DNA of 64,000 bases, taken from IMG/VR virus record IMGVR_UViG_3300036760_001400; one strand, 5' to 3'. The notes below the pieces were generated by a model. That model did no database searches, was not told the origin of the DNA, and was given only the letters and a program-made list of their open reading frames with translations. Every line of letters begins with the position of its first letter. Position 1 is the stretch's first letter. A program made the position numbers and the translations under genes. Source of the DNA: an uncultured virus (IMG/VR IMGVR_UViG_3300036760_001400) (Duplodnaviria > Heunggongvirae > Uroviricota > Caudoviricetes). This document shows positions 30,315 to 40,400 of this stretch, one piece after another.

Positions 30315-32345
30315 CTAGGTCGTGGTCTCGTAGGCGTCCGAGATCACGATCGTACGGCCGTACTTTGTGGCCTTCTCGGCAAGCGTCTTTGAGCAGCAGA
30401 CGATGACCTGTGCGGCCTCAAGGCACGGCGCGATCTCCGGGTGCAGGTCGACCAGGTCCTCGTTGTAGTCGACCATGGTCGTGACGCCGGTAAGATTCAG
30501 CTTCTCCATGACCCGGCGCTCGAGATCCGACAGGTACGTGAAGACGACCACGTCGAAGTGGCGCACCTGGCTCACGATACCGCCCTCGTCCTTCACATGG
30601 TAGTTCGGCACGAGCTCGCTCTGGATGCCGTGCGTGGCGAGCCATCTTGAGATGTTCGTCCTGCGGATCCGGGTCGACGGGTCGTCCTCGTTCCCGGAGC
30701 GGAGCATCCAGGCGACTCTGGGTTCTTTTGCAGTCTGGATCGCTTCAACCTCAAGGCTGGGCGTCCCGAACCCGTCGTACGTTTCGGCCTTCAGGATCTC
30801 AAACCCGCTTGTCTTAAGAAGCCTCGTGAGTCCAGGCAGCGTGAACCCCGTTCTGTGGTACTGTCCGTCATCAGGTTCGTGAGCCTGACCCACCTGGATA
30901 CCGTAAATCGTGTACTTGTACCATTCCTTCTGGGTCCAGCGTTCGCCGGCCTTGCGCGGCCGGTCCTCGCTCTCCACGAACTTTTTGCAGCATTCATCGA
31001 GGTCCGGGACCATGAGATGCAGGTGACCGCCGTAGCGGAGCGCGCGGGCCCATTCCCCAACGGTCTCCTCGGCCCTGTAGTGGCTGTCGGAGTGTTCAAG
31101 TGCGTGTTCGCTGCGGATCGCATGGACCACGCCGTCATCGTAAGGAATAAGGGACTGGTCCATCTGGAACTGGACGCCATCGCCCATGTAGAGGTCGCAG
31201 TTCCGCCATCCGGAAGCGGGCTTGCCGCCTGAACCAAGGTTCAGGCGCACCGGCCTCGGGGACAGTCTGTCGTACAAGTTGTCCCGAAGGAAGTGCCGGT
31301 TGAACAGAAGCCTTTTGTCTTCAGGACGGTACGAGAGCGACGACTCATTCCACTCGTAGGCTTTCCGGACGTTCCCGATCTCACTGTAGCATTTGCAAAG
31401 CCGGTCTCTGGGCACCCAGGTATAGTTGTCCAAAATGACCGTGCCCCAGGTCTCCGGCACCGGACACGAAGCCGCGATCTCGAACCAGCGGATCGCGGTC
31501 CCCCAGTCAGACCGATCGTAGTAGATCTGGCCGATCAGGCAGTAGAACTCGGCCCAGCGCGGGTCGAGCTTTACCCCGCGCAGGGCCGCATCGATGGCCT
31601 TATCTTCCTTTTTCTGCGTCAGGTAATCCATGGCCAGCCAGAAGTAGGCGTTGACCTGGTTCTCGTGCCAGTCGCCTTTCGTGAGATAGTCCTCGAGGAT
31701 CCGGATCGACTCTTCCTGAGAACCCTCGTTGTAAAGCTCCTTGCCAAGATAGAACTTAACCCTTTGATTATCAGGATGTTGAATGAGCGCCTTCCGAAGC
31801 ATTCGAATATTACGACCTCTGTCCGCCGTTGCCCCCTCGCCCGTTCGACGATGCGTTATGACGACATTCGTCATCGCCTCTTTAGTGCCTGGAATAATGC
31901 ATAGGTGCTCGTGAATCGGAAGTTCCCAACGAACGCGTGGATTAGTCTTAACGATTCGATGCCTGTAGAACTTGCAGATGGGCTTGTCGAACTCGTCCTG
32001 GGCATAGTCGTACATCATGAGATATGCGTCAGCCTTGCCCAGCTCAGGCTTGAGCGCAATCAAGCGCGCACGGTCCTCTGGACGGAGCTCATCATCCGCG
32101 TCCATCCACATCGTCCACTCGGAGGTGACCTTGGAGAATGAAAAGTTTCTAGCTGCCGCGAAGTCATCGATCCATTCGAAGTCATAAACCTTGGCGCCGT
32201 ATGAGATAGCGATCTCCTTGGTACGGTCAGAACTGCCCGTATCAATGATCACCATTTCATCAAAACAGCCTTTAATGCTCTCAAGAAGACGAGGAAGACT
32301 CTTTTCCTCATTCTTCGCGATCATGGCCAGGCCAAGAGTAGGCAT
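30315..32345 (-). CDS. GT2 + TPR + methyltransferase-like fusion protein
   Basis: AMIAKNEE, DTGSSDRT, DFAAARN, MDADD; TPR-like helices; LNLGSG...HALEH. Confidence 0.88.
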   Translation of the reverse strand: MPTLGLAMIAKNEEKSLPRLLESIKGCFDEMVIIDTGSSDRTKEIAISYGAKVYDFEWIDDFAAARNFSFSKVTSEWTMWMDADDELRPEDRARLIALKPELGKADAYLMMYDYAQDEFDKPICKFYRHRIVKTNPRVRWELPIHEHLCIIPGTKEAMTNVVITHRRTGEGATADRGRNIRMLRKALIQHPDNQRVKFYLGKELYNEGSQEESIRILEDYLTKGDWHENQVNAYFWLAMDYLTQKKEDKAIDAALRGVKLDPRWAEFYCLIGQIYYDRSDWGTAIRWFEIAASCPVPETWGTVILDNYTWVPRDRLCKCYSEIGNVRKAYEWNESSLSYRPEDKRLLFNRHFLRDNLYDRLSPRPVRLNLGSGGKPASGWRNCDLYMGDGVQFQMDQSLIPYDDGVVHAIRSEHALEHSDSHYRAEETVGEWARALRYGGHLHLMVPDLDECCKKFVESEDRPRKAGERWTQKEWYKYTIYGIQVGQAHEPDDGQYHRTGFTLPGLTRLLKTSGFEILKAETYDGFGTPSLEVEAIQTAKEPRVAWMLRSGNEDDPSTRIRRTNISRWLATHGIQSELVPNYHVKDEGGIVSQVRHFDVVVFTYLSDLERRVMEKLNLTGVTTMVDYNEDLVDLHPEIAPCLEAAQVIVCCSKTLAEKATKYGRTIVISDAYETTT

Positions 32346-32474
32346 TACGAAACCTCGATTACCTTGAAAGGCCACATAAAGATGCGAAGGAAGGTTTCTT
32401 CAAGAGTCTTCTGTTCGCGATGAGCGACAGATCAAGCGTATTCATGGGCCCTTATGTCCCCTTAAGTAAAAGGG

Positions 32475-32503
32475 ATGTTATCAGCATGAATAACGTAATG
32501 CAA
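32475..32503 (-). promoter_or_regulatory. sigma70-type promoter for the glycosylation operon
   Basis: TTGCAT-17-TAACAT with extended TG. Confidence 0.5.
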
Positions 32504-32540
32504 GAAAAATATTTAGGTATAATCTTCTAGGTAGATGATA

Positions 32541-32618
32541 ATGAACGACTTCATCCACTCGAGGGATTGTAGAAACTGGCTGTGCCGGCTGATCTGGTGG
32601 ATCTGCGGCCGTAGGTAA
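32541..32618 (+). CDS. 25-aa Cys/Trp-rich peptide (not in the ORF track)
   Basis: MNDFIHSRDCRNWLCRLIWWICGRR exactly fills the gap between repeat copies 1 and 2. Confidence 0.4.
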   Translation: MNDFIHSRDCRNWLCRLIWWICGRR

Positions 32619-32650
32619 TCTTTCTGACCGAAGATTATAGGAGAACCAAA

Positions 32651-32857
32651 ATGAGTGACCGGAAGATCCTTGGCTTTGTTGACCGAGAGGTCATGGGCGA
32701 TCCGAATTCATTCGGCACCTTCTTGGTAGGGTTAAAACATTCTGCCGAGGATCTTGCGATCTATGCGAACGAAAGAGACAACGATAAAAAAGCCGCTAGA
32801 TACTGGAATTCTCTCGCAACTGACATCGAAAAATTGAAAACAAAGTACAATCTCTAG
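32651..32857 (+). CDS. hypothetical protein (array unit)
   Basis: AGGAG SD directly after the repeat. Confidence 0.65.
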   Translation: MSDRKILGFVDREVMGDPNSFGTFLVGLKHSAEDLAIYANERDNDKKAARYWNSLATDIEKLKTKYNL

Positions 32858-32897
32858 ATAATCGTCCAACGGAAGATAAAAAGGAGGTATTGGTACT

Positions 32898-33119
32898 ATG
32901 GAAATTCCGAAATCCTTTTACAGCTTTACCACCGACCCCGAAACTCAGAAGATCCGTAGTGTCACTTGCGACTTGTGCAAAGAGAGGATTTTTGACGTCA
33001 CGTTCTTCTCGAGAAGGTACGACGCCGCAATCGCATCACACATGCGCGGGAAACACGGGCCTTTCGTAAAGGCTCTGGCGCTTCAGAAGCTCGCGCTTCC
33101 TCCTAGCTGGATAGAGTAA
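32898..33119 (+). CDS. C2H2-type zinc-finger protein (array unit)
   Basis: CDLC...HMRGKH; AGGAGGT SD. Confidence 0.6.
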   Translation: MEIPKSFYSFTTDPETQKIRSVTCDLCKERIFDVTFFSRRYDAAIASHMRGKHGPFVKALALQKLALPPSWIE

Positions 33120-33165
33120 GACGGCTCCATGTATAATCTTCCCAACGGAAGATAAAGAGGTACGA

Positions 33166-33402
33166 ATGATTGATGCGAAGAAGGAGCTAACGACTCCTGA
33201 CCTGTGCGTGAAGATCTGCCAGGAGGCGCGAGCTTCGGGGTACCAGTCGTCTGTCTGTTACGATCTCACGTCGAACCACAAGACCGCAGTCGTTGTCATA
33301 TCCAACCCTGAACGCATGTTTGGTGGAGGCGACGTGATTGCGCCGAGGTTCTGTGTCACAAAGATTCACCTCGGGAAGATTGTGTCGGAGCAGTTTGTCT
33401 AG
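33166..33402 (+). CDS. hypothetical protein (array unit)
   Basis: GAGGT SD; stop abuts the next repeat. Confidence 0.6.
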   Translation: MIDAKKELTTPDLCVKICQEARASGYQSSVCYDLTSNHKTAVVVISNPERMFGGGDVIAPRFCVTKIHLGKIVSEQFV

Positions 33403-33437
33403 GTAATCTTCCAACGGGAAGATAATAGGAGAGAAAT

Positions 33438-33680
33438 ATGTCTACTTTACTCACAAGAGACGGCCGGGTTCCGAAGAACAAGTGGGTTGTTCTGTCGTAT
33501 TCCGGAGGCCGCCCCCTCTCGAAGCATCAGTTCAAAAGCTCAGCGATTGATAAGGCGCTCATGAAGACCTACCAGACCGGAAATCGGTATGTGGTTTGCG
33601 AGATAATGGTAGCGCCATCCGGAAAGCCATTCTTGGCAATCGCCTACGACACGAGGCGTGAGGCCGACGCTCGTAGGTAA
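33438..33680 (+). CDS. hypothetical basic protein (array unit)
   Basis: AGGAG SD; TAA stop supplied by the repeat. Confidence 0.6.
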   Translation: MSTLLTRDGRVPKNKWVVLSYSGGRPLSKHQFKSSAIDKALMKTYQTGNRYVVCEIMVAPSGKPFLAIAYDTRREADARR

Positions 33681-33702
33681 TCTTAGTGGAAGAAGATTAT
33701 AA

Positions 33703-34161
33703 ATGACCCGAAGGAACCCAGAAAAGGTCGAGTTGGAGACAGACTTCTCCGACCCTGAACTCGGTCAGGTCGGGAGCGTGGACGTCTGGCTCTCTGATGA
33801 CCGGGACCAAACATATCTTGGTGGCTGGTACGGCTACGCCGACGAACTCGCCAGAAGACTCGAGGAGGACGAATACTTCGGACTGTCATCGTATCTTCAG
33901 AAAGTCGACGGTCATCAGGTAGGCTATATCGCCGGAATGGAGGTTCGTCAGGATCTCACGGGCCGCGGAATCGGTACTGCGATGATCGAAGCGTGCCTCG
34001 ATATCATGAGGCAGAAGCAAGTAGATGTCGTCTTCCTTCATCGTAGCGCAGGGAATCGTTCCAGCGACGAACAGCTCGAGAAGCTGTATAAACGGATCGG
34101 CTTCAGAAACGTGAAGTGTTGTGCGAGAGACATATGGCCGGTGATGAGGATGGATCTTTAG
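33703..34161 (+). CDS. GNAT acetyltransferase (array unit)
   Basis: VRQDLTGRGIGT motif A and LYKRIGF. Confidence 0.8.
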   Translation: MTRRNPEKVELETDFSDPELGQVGSVDVWLSDDRDQTYLGGWYGYADELARRLEEDEYFGLSSYLQKVDGHQVGYIAGMEVRQDLTGRGIGTAMIEACLDIMRQKQVDVVFLHRSAGNRSSDEQLEKLYKRIGFRNVKCCARDIWPVMRMDL

Positions 34162-34213
34162 TCCCTAGGTAATCTTCTCGGCAGAAGATAAAAAGAGTGC
34201 TAGGAGAGGAAGA

Positions 34214-34525
34214 ATGACCCATACGCCGGGCCCGTGGACCATGAAGCCTGGAGAGCCTGAACTTCGGGAGGGCTGGAGCATCGAAGCGCCAAATGCTTCC
34301 CACCCTCTCGGAGCTAAGTATGTCCGCGAAGACAACGTGGTCGGGAAATGTTGCTCTGCTGGCGTATACCGCGAAGAGGACGCCCGGCTAATCTGCGCTG
34401 CCCCTGAACTTCTGGAGGCGCTCAAATACGTGCGTTCGGAATGGTCCGTTCACCCACCGTGCGCTCCGTTCCTGGTCGAGAAGGTAAACGCCGCCATCGC
34501 CAAGGCTGAAGCGGTCGTAGGATAA
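34214..34525 (+). CDS. conserved phage-type protein (array unit)
   Basis: MTHTPGPW...DARLICAAPELLEALK pattern familiar from phage early genes; stop inside the repeat. Confidence 0.7.
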   Translation: MTHTPGPWTMKPGEPELREGWSIEAPNASHPLGAKYVREDNVVGKCCSAGVYREEDARLICAAPELLEALKYVRSEWSVHPPCAPFLVEKVNAAIAKAEAVVG

Positions 34526-34559
34526 TCTTCCAACGGGAAAATAAAAGAGAGGTGAACTC

Positions 34560-34841
34560 GTGGATCGTAGATCCTTTTTCAGGCTGATCGGAAGGGTCGC
34601 CGCGGCCGGCGTGGCGGCAAAGGTCGCACCCGGACTCCTCGTCGCTCAGGCTTCTTCCGAGTGTCCAATCGGGCTTCCAGGAGTCACTGGGGCTCAGGGC
34701 GTCCAAGGTTCGATCGGAGTCGCTTACAACTGGACCGGATGGAACTGTCAGCCTAAGGCCATCAGGTTCCCGTGTACTCGACAATCAGCTGCACTCTCAA
34801 GTTCGATGCTCCGGTCGCCACCTGAGGAACCTGCACGCTGA
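34560..34841 (+). CDS. protein with twin-arginine-like N-terminus and short collagen-like segment
   Basis: MDRRSFF...; GLPGVTGAQGVQG; 3' end overlaps the convergent gene. Confidence 0.45.
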   Translation: MDRRSFFRLIGRVAAAGVAAKVAPGLLVAQASSECPIGLPGVTGAQGVQGSIGVAYNWTGWNCQPKAIRFPCTRQSAALSSSMLRSPPEEPAR

Positions 34842-37263
34842 AGACGTCGCCCTTCTTGAAGGCCGTGATGTCCGGCAACGCGGTGTCGCGATTCCTGTTG
34901 GTCGACGCCGCGGTCGCGCCGATCATGGGCCGGTTTCCCGCCGTCGTAAAGACGGTTCCAAAGGTGACTTCATAAGGCGTCGTGGACAGCGTGCCGGTCC
35001 CGCGCATCATGTCCACGATGGTCGTGCCTGCGGTTCCGTTCGCCTGAAGCGACATCAGGACATCCTTGATCGTTCCGAAACGGGGCATGATCGCGTGGTT
35101 GTCCATGCCGGTGATGATGGTGACCGCGCTCAAGTTCCAGTCGATGCCCAGGACATTCACCTGGGCGCCCGTCAAGCCCTGGACGCCCGTGACGGACTGC
35201 GCTCCGGTCAGGCCGTCAATGCCCGTCAGGCCCTGAATGCCTGTGGGCCGTGCTCCGGTCGGCGCAAAGCCGGTGATCCCCTGGATCCCGGTGAGGCCTT
35301 GAACCCCGGTCAGCCCTTTGATACCCGTGATCCCCTGAGTCCCCGTGGGCTGTTCGCCCGTGACGCTCTGGACTCCGGTCACGCTCTGGATTCCCGTGAA
35401 GCCGTACCCGGTGATACCTTGCACGCCGGTCAGACCATGAGCACCCGGAAGCCCCAGGATGCCGGTCGGCTGATTTCCAGTGATGCCTTGAGCGCCTGTG
35501 GATACCCCCGGAGCTCCGGTCGGCTGATTTCCCGTGATCCCCTGGACCCCGGTGAGCCCTTTGATGCCGGTGATCCCCTGGTTCATGCGGCCATCAGCGC
35601 CCGTCAGGCCTTTGACGCCGGTGATCCCCTGGCGGCCTGTGGGAGAAATTCCAGTGATACCTTGAATGCCGGTGAGCAGACCTTGGGCTCCAGTCAGACC
35701 TTTGACTCCGGTAGGTGAAGCCCCAGTCGGAGAATTACCCGTGATGCCCTGAACTCCAGTCACGCCCTGGATCCCAGTCAAACCCTGGATGCCGGTGATT
35801 CCCTGGATGCCGGTGGGCTGTTCTCCGGTGAGCCCTTTGACGCCCGTGATACCCCAAGTTCCCATGTACCCGTCGACAACCGAGTCCTGGAGCGACACGA
35901 AGTCGACGCAGATCTTCGTGTAAGGCGGAGTCTGGGTCATCCTCCACTTCGTTCCGCCCACCGTCGACGCGAGAGTCACCAGCTTGCCGGATGCGCCCAG
36001 GACCGTGAGCGTCGTTATGGTTGTCCTGGACCCCGCTGTGAACAGGATCGAGTGGACGGCTGTCGCGTCGTCAGACCTGAAATCCGTGAACGTGTTGTTG
36101 CCGGAGAGAGTGAGAGTGGCAGTCCCAGAACCGCTACGACGGAACTTTCCGAACTTCAGGCCTCCGAGCGCAAAGGTCCTACCAGTCGAGGCGGTGCTGT
36201 TGAACGTGATATCGAACACCGCAGGGATCGTTGCGCCGGCGGTAAACGTGATCCCAGACAGCTCAGCTTTAACACCAGATCCGTTGGTGATGACCCCGGT
36301 CGCACTAACGCTAAGCGACGTAGCAATAGCCGAGACAAAATCACAGGTCCCCGTGAAGTCGAGCGTGCCGTTGACGGTAAGAGCCCCGGCCATCGTGACC
36401 GTGGGGTTTGCTCCAAGCGGGATCGTCGTCCCCGAACTGATGGTCATTATGGATGACCCGGTCTTCGTGATTATCCACGTGCCCCAGGTCGTGGCCGGAC
36501 TGTCGATGATCTGACTGGGGGAACCGCCGCTTGCGAGTACAGCGATTCCGTTTGGAAATATGGCAGTCGAGCTGATCGTGACGCTGCCCGTTATCTCCAT
36601 GGTGCCAGGAGTCGTCCAGGTTACCGTGCCTGTGCTGCCGACGGTTAGATTGTTTGTCGATCCAGTCAAAGTAAACGTTCCGGTCAATGTGAGGGTTCCA
36701 TTGATAGTCAATGTCCCGTTAAGCGAGATTGCCGGGTTCGTTCCAAACGGGACCGTCGTACCTGAAGAGACGGTAAGGTTGTTCGAACTTACAACAACGG
36801 TACATAGATTGAACGACACTCCCGCGGCATCTACGATCTGCGTCGCTACCCCCTGATTAAAGGTCACCGTTCCGCTGTTATGCGTGAACGAGCCCGCTGA
36901 TATTGTGAAGTTTCCTCCAACTCCCATCGTGGCGCTCGTCGCCGTGAAGGCTCCGCCTGTCTGCGTAAACGTGCCGGTGGTCGAGGCAGTCCATGCCGCT
37001 CCGCTTGTGTCGAGCCACGTGCCTCCGGCGATCGAGAAGTTCGACGTGGTCATGGACACGGTTTTCGTGATCGTGCCGCTGTAAGCCGAGGTGATCGTGA
37101 ACGTGCCGCCGCTCCATGTGCCAAGATTGTCTATAGTGCAGTTTTTTACAGACGTTCCGTCAAACGTGATGGTATCGACCGTCAGTGGAACCGTACCGCC
37201 GTTCCAGGCTGCACCGGTAGACCAGTTGTCGTCGACCGTTGCAGACCAAGTTTTCGCAGCCAT
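34762..37263 (-). CDS. fibre protein: T/G-rich beta-repeat domain, collagen-like region, C-terminal globular domain
   Basis: G-X-T repeats; C-terminal domain paralogous to that of 41517-44330. Confidence 0.8.
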   Translation of the reverse strand: MAAKTWSATVDDNWSTGAAWNGGTVPLTVDTITFDGTSVKNCTIDNLGTWSGGTFTITSAYSGTITKTVSMTTSNFSIAGGTWLDTSGAAWTASTTGTFTQTGGAFTATSATMGVGGNFTISAGSFTHNSGTVTFNQGVATQIVDAAGVSFNLCTVVVSSNNLTVSSGTTVPFGTNPAISLNGTLTINGTLTLTGTFTLTGSTNNLTVGSTGTVTWTTPGTMEITGSVTISSTAIFPNGIAVLASGGSPSQIIDSPATTWGTWIITKTGSSIMTISSGTTIPLGANPTVTMAGALTVNGTLDFTGTCDFVSAIATSLSVSATGVITNGSGVKAELSGITFTAGATIPAVFDITFNSTASTGRTFALGGLKFGKFRRSGSGTATLTLSGNNTFTDFRSDDATAVHSILFTAGSRTTITTLTVLGASGKLVTLASTVGGTKWRMTQTPPYTKICVDFVSLQDSVVDGYMGTWGITGVKGLTGEQPTGIQGITGIQGLTGIQGVTGVQGITGNSPTGASPTGVKGLTGAQGLLTGIQGITGISPTGRQGITGVKGLTGADGRMNQGITGIKGLTGVQGITGNQPTGAPGVSTGAQGITGNQPTGILGLPGAHGLTGVQGITGYGFTGIQSVTGVQSVTGEQPTGTQGITGIKGLTGVQGLTGIQGITGFAPTGARPTGIQGLTGIDGLTGAQSVTGVQGLTGAQVNVLGIDWNLSAVTIITGMDNHAIMPRFGTIKDVLMSLQANGTAGTTIVDMMRGTGTLSTTPYEVTFGTVFTTAGNRPMIGATAASTNRNRDTALPDITAFKKGDVFSVQVPQVATGASNLRVQLIVEYTGT

Positions 37264-37266
37264 GGT

Positions 37267-37467
37267 CTATTCCAGGCCATCCTTCTTAGGCGTCATGTTC
37301 TTGATCGATCTGGAAACGGCGTTCGGGAACCGCTTTTCCGACAACCTCATCGCCTCCATGAAGTCGAAGGCCGGAATGACGATGGTCGTCTCTTTCCGGA
37401 CGGCCAGCGGTTTGCCAGGCACCCGCTCGAACCATTCCGCATGGACCTGATACTTGATGGCTTTCAT
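37267..37467 (-). CDS. hypothetical protein, 66 aa
   Basis: AAGGA SD before MKAIKYQV. Confidence 0.5.
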   Translation of the reverse strand: MKAIKYQVHAEWFERVPGKPLAVRKETTIVIPAFDFMEAMRLSEKRFPNAVSRSIKNMTPKKDGLE

Positions 37468-37475
37468 AGCGTCCT

Positions 37476-40400
37476 TTATGGCGGACAGGCCGCAAAGATC
37501 CAGTTGGCATTCCCGGAGACGTCGACCGAGTTCGCCCCGGCATACCATCCGGCGGTGGGCCCTCCCACGCCGGTGATGCCGATATCAAGCCCGGTGATCC
37601 CCATCAGTCCCGTAATACCTTTGATTCCGGTCGGCTGGAATCCAGTGATCCCCTGGACTCCGGTCAGACCCTTGATACCCGTGATACCGCGAGAGCCGGT
37701 CAGGCCAATCACGCCGGTGGGCTGGGTCCCGGTGACACCTTGGATCCCGGTGAGACCCTGGACTCCGGTCAGGCCCTTGATGCCGACGAAAACGACAGGC
37801 GCCATGGATACCGCAAAGAGCGAGCGTTCGGCCGTGCCTTGAGAACCCGTCAAGCCGCTCATCGTCAGATCGAACTGGGTAGAGGCACTTCTCCTTTTCA
37901 CGGTCATCCATTGACCGGGCAGAAGATCGCTTGTACTGAAGCTCTTTCCGCTGTTGGTCGCGTCGCCCTGGCTTACGCCCGCCATGAGCAGGTCCGGGAT
38001 CAGACTTTCATCGACCGCGCCAAAGCTCACCTGGCCGGATCCGAACGCCCAGATATCGGCCGTCCGGGTCGGAACCAGCGTCACGGTCTGGACTGTCGCC
38101 GCGGCCGTCGAGGCCTCGGTGTAGGCATTCTGGTGATCGAGGAACTTGTTGAGGTCGATCGCGAATACAGCCGAAGCTTCCCGGGTCGCCGACCCTGCCG
38201 GAGTCGTCCGGCTCTCCTCCGTGAACGACTGGGCGGCTATCGCGAGCGCCGGGAACACCCTCATGTTCACGAACGGGATGATGGGGGCCACCAGGTCCCC
38301 GGAATCCTGAGTCTCGCACTGGGTCGAAAGGAACGGCAGCGTGTCCGTGACCGTCCCCGTGCTCTCCATTCTCGACTGATTTTCGTGAGTCGTCGCGACG
38401 GCCGGAACAAGGCTGGACAAGGTGAATACGAGCCAGTCATGACCGGCCACAGAAGGCGAGAACGAGACGCTGGCATTGTTCGAAGCCGACCAGGCTCCGG
38501 AACTCAGATCCGTGCTGGCAAGAACGGCATTGTAGTACCAGTCCGTGTTCTCCTGGAGCTGCTCGCTGATCTCGATGGCCAGGAGCTTGAAGGTATAAAC
38601 CGACGTGGTCCCTCCCGGGGAATCTGAATTTATGACCGCGAGATCCACATCGCCGCCGTCTGCGGTCCAGACCGTGAAATACGTGTACTGCCTGTTGAAT
38701 CCGTTTCTTAGATTCAGGGCGTGGAACCATTCTCTTGATCCATCAAATGGAGTACCCCCTCCGTGGATCGTCTCGATCTGCGAGACATTCGGATTTAATG
38801 TCTTTCCGCCTCCGTAGACGGCGGTCGCCACGATGAGGTACCTGCGGTTCGTGATAAAGAATGAAGACGGTATATGTGCGCCCGGCACCAGGGTCAACGT
38901 GCCGTTTGTCGTACTAAACGGCGTCGTCGACTCCGCCGTATAATGAGGAATCTGGCTGGGCTCCCCGTCCACGTCGACCCCGGTGACGCCTTTGATGCCG
39001 GTGATCCCTACGGCACTCGTCAGTCCCTGAACGCCGGTGGGCTGGTTGCCTGTGATGCCCTTGACCCCCGTAACCTGGACTCCGGTGATTCCAGAAACTC
39101 CCGTCAAACCCTGAACGCCTGTCCCACGGTTTCCCGTGATCCCCTGAACGCCGGTCATGCCCTGGACTCGCGCACCGACCGGAGTCGCAAGATCGGTGGT
39201 GATGGCGATGATCTGACGAAACTCTGCGGTCGCGCTGGTTGCGGCCTGATTATTGCCGTCTACCGTAATGGTGTGGCTCGACGACCGAAGATCCCCGAAA
39301 TACTGGAACTGGACGGGACCCACCTGATTGACGTTGACGTTTTTTTCTATGGAAAGGTTGGCTGCCGTCTGACCTGCCGGTGTGTCCACCCCGTCGGTCT
39401 GAAGCCTCGCGTTGATCGGGAAGTCTGAGGCCGGCGCGGTAAAGCCAAAAGACGACAGAGCCCATGTTTTCCCGTCCCACGTTGGATTGATTGATCCCGT
39501 CTGGATATTGGTCCCAAAGCTCGGGGGATCAAGGGTCACCCCGCCGTCGGTATACGTCGCCAGGTGGTTCTTGAATTTTGAGAGGTTAAGCGCAAAGACT
39601 GCCGAGTACGTCCTTGTTCCGTCTGGGCCACCGAGATCGCACCTCGACTCTTCCGTGAACGTGTTTGAAACGTTACTGAGGTTGAACGCCCTGACATTGC
39701 TTAAAAGGTTAATCCACGGGAAAGCCACATGGTAGCCTTGCACATACTCAAGATAAGGCGTGGTCGATGAAGCCTCTCCAGAACGATTGAGCCTGGTCGT
39801 TACGAGAGAAAAGGGCGGACCTGTAAGGACAGATTCAGAAAGGACAAGCCAGTCATCCCCGGCGTTCTGCGGAGTAAAGGTGACTGAAGCATTGTTGTAG
39901 GTCGAGAATTCGGTCGGCACGAGATCCGTGGTCTCATCGACCACATTCGAATACCAGTCTTTGTTTTCCTGGAGGAACTCCGAGATCTCCATCGCAAACA
40001 TTGTGATCTGGTCAAGAGTGGCCGAGGCTCCGGCGTTCGTGGCTTTTAGCTGAAGAGTTATCGACTCCCCTGCAATGGCCGTCCAGACATTGAAGTAGGT
40101 GTAGGTGTAGGTTGACCCTGCGTTGGTCTGCTCATTTACGAACTTCCTTGATCCTTGGAAGTCCGTAGTCCCATGGACAAGTTTTGTATTGTTCCCTGTA
40201 GCGTTTGTGCTGATGCCCATGAGCGCGTTGATGACGAGGAGATACTTCCTTCCAGCCACGAAGTTCGCGGAGCTGATCGTCGCTGCCGTGACATAAGTCA
40301 GGCTGCTGGTCGCCTGCTGGGTCATCTGCTCCGTGTAGGCCGTCGGAAGCGCCGTCGGCGTGACGCCTGTCACACCCTGGACTCCGATCCCTCCGATTCC

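Larger units (their letters stand above)
32520..34544 (+). repeat. eight copies of a palindromic intergenic site TAATCTTC-N6-GAAGATWA
   Basis: copies at 32520-32541, 32616-32637, 32859-32879 (5-nt spacer), 33134-33155, 33404-33425, 33678-33699, 34170-34191, 34523-34544; one before each ORF. Confidence 0.9.

Noticed and set aside
30200..30315. Interrupted glycosyltransferase between 30315-32345 and 27766-30207
   Set aside because: Both genes have plausible ends and starts; only a short SD-led 31-aa ORF lies between them, with no intron features.
32520..34544. CRISPR array reading of the repeats
   Set aside because: The intervals are about 75-470 nt and are whole ORFs, the repeats are degenerate, and no cas genes are visible.
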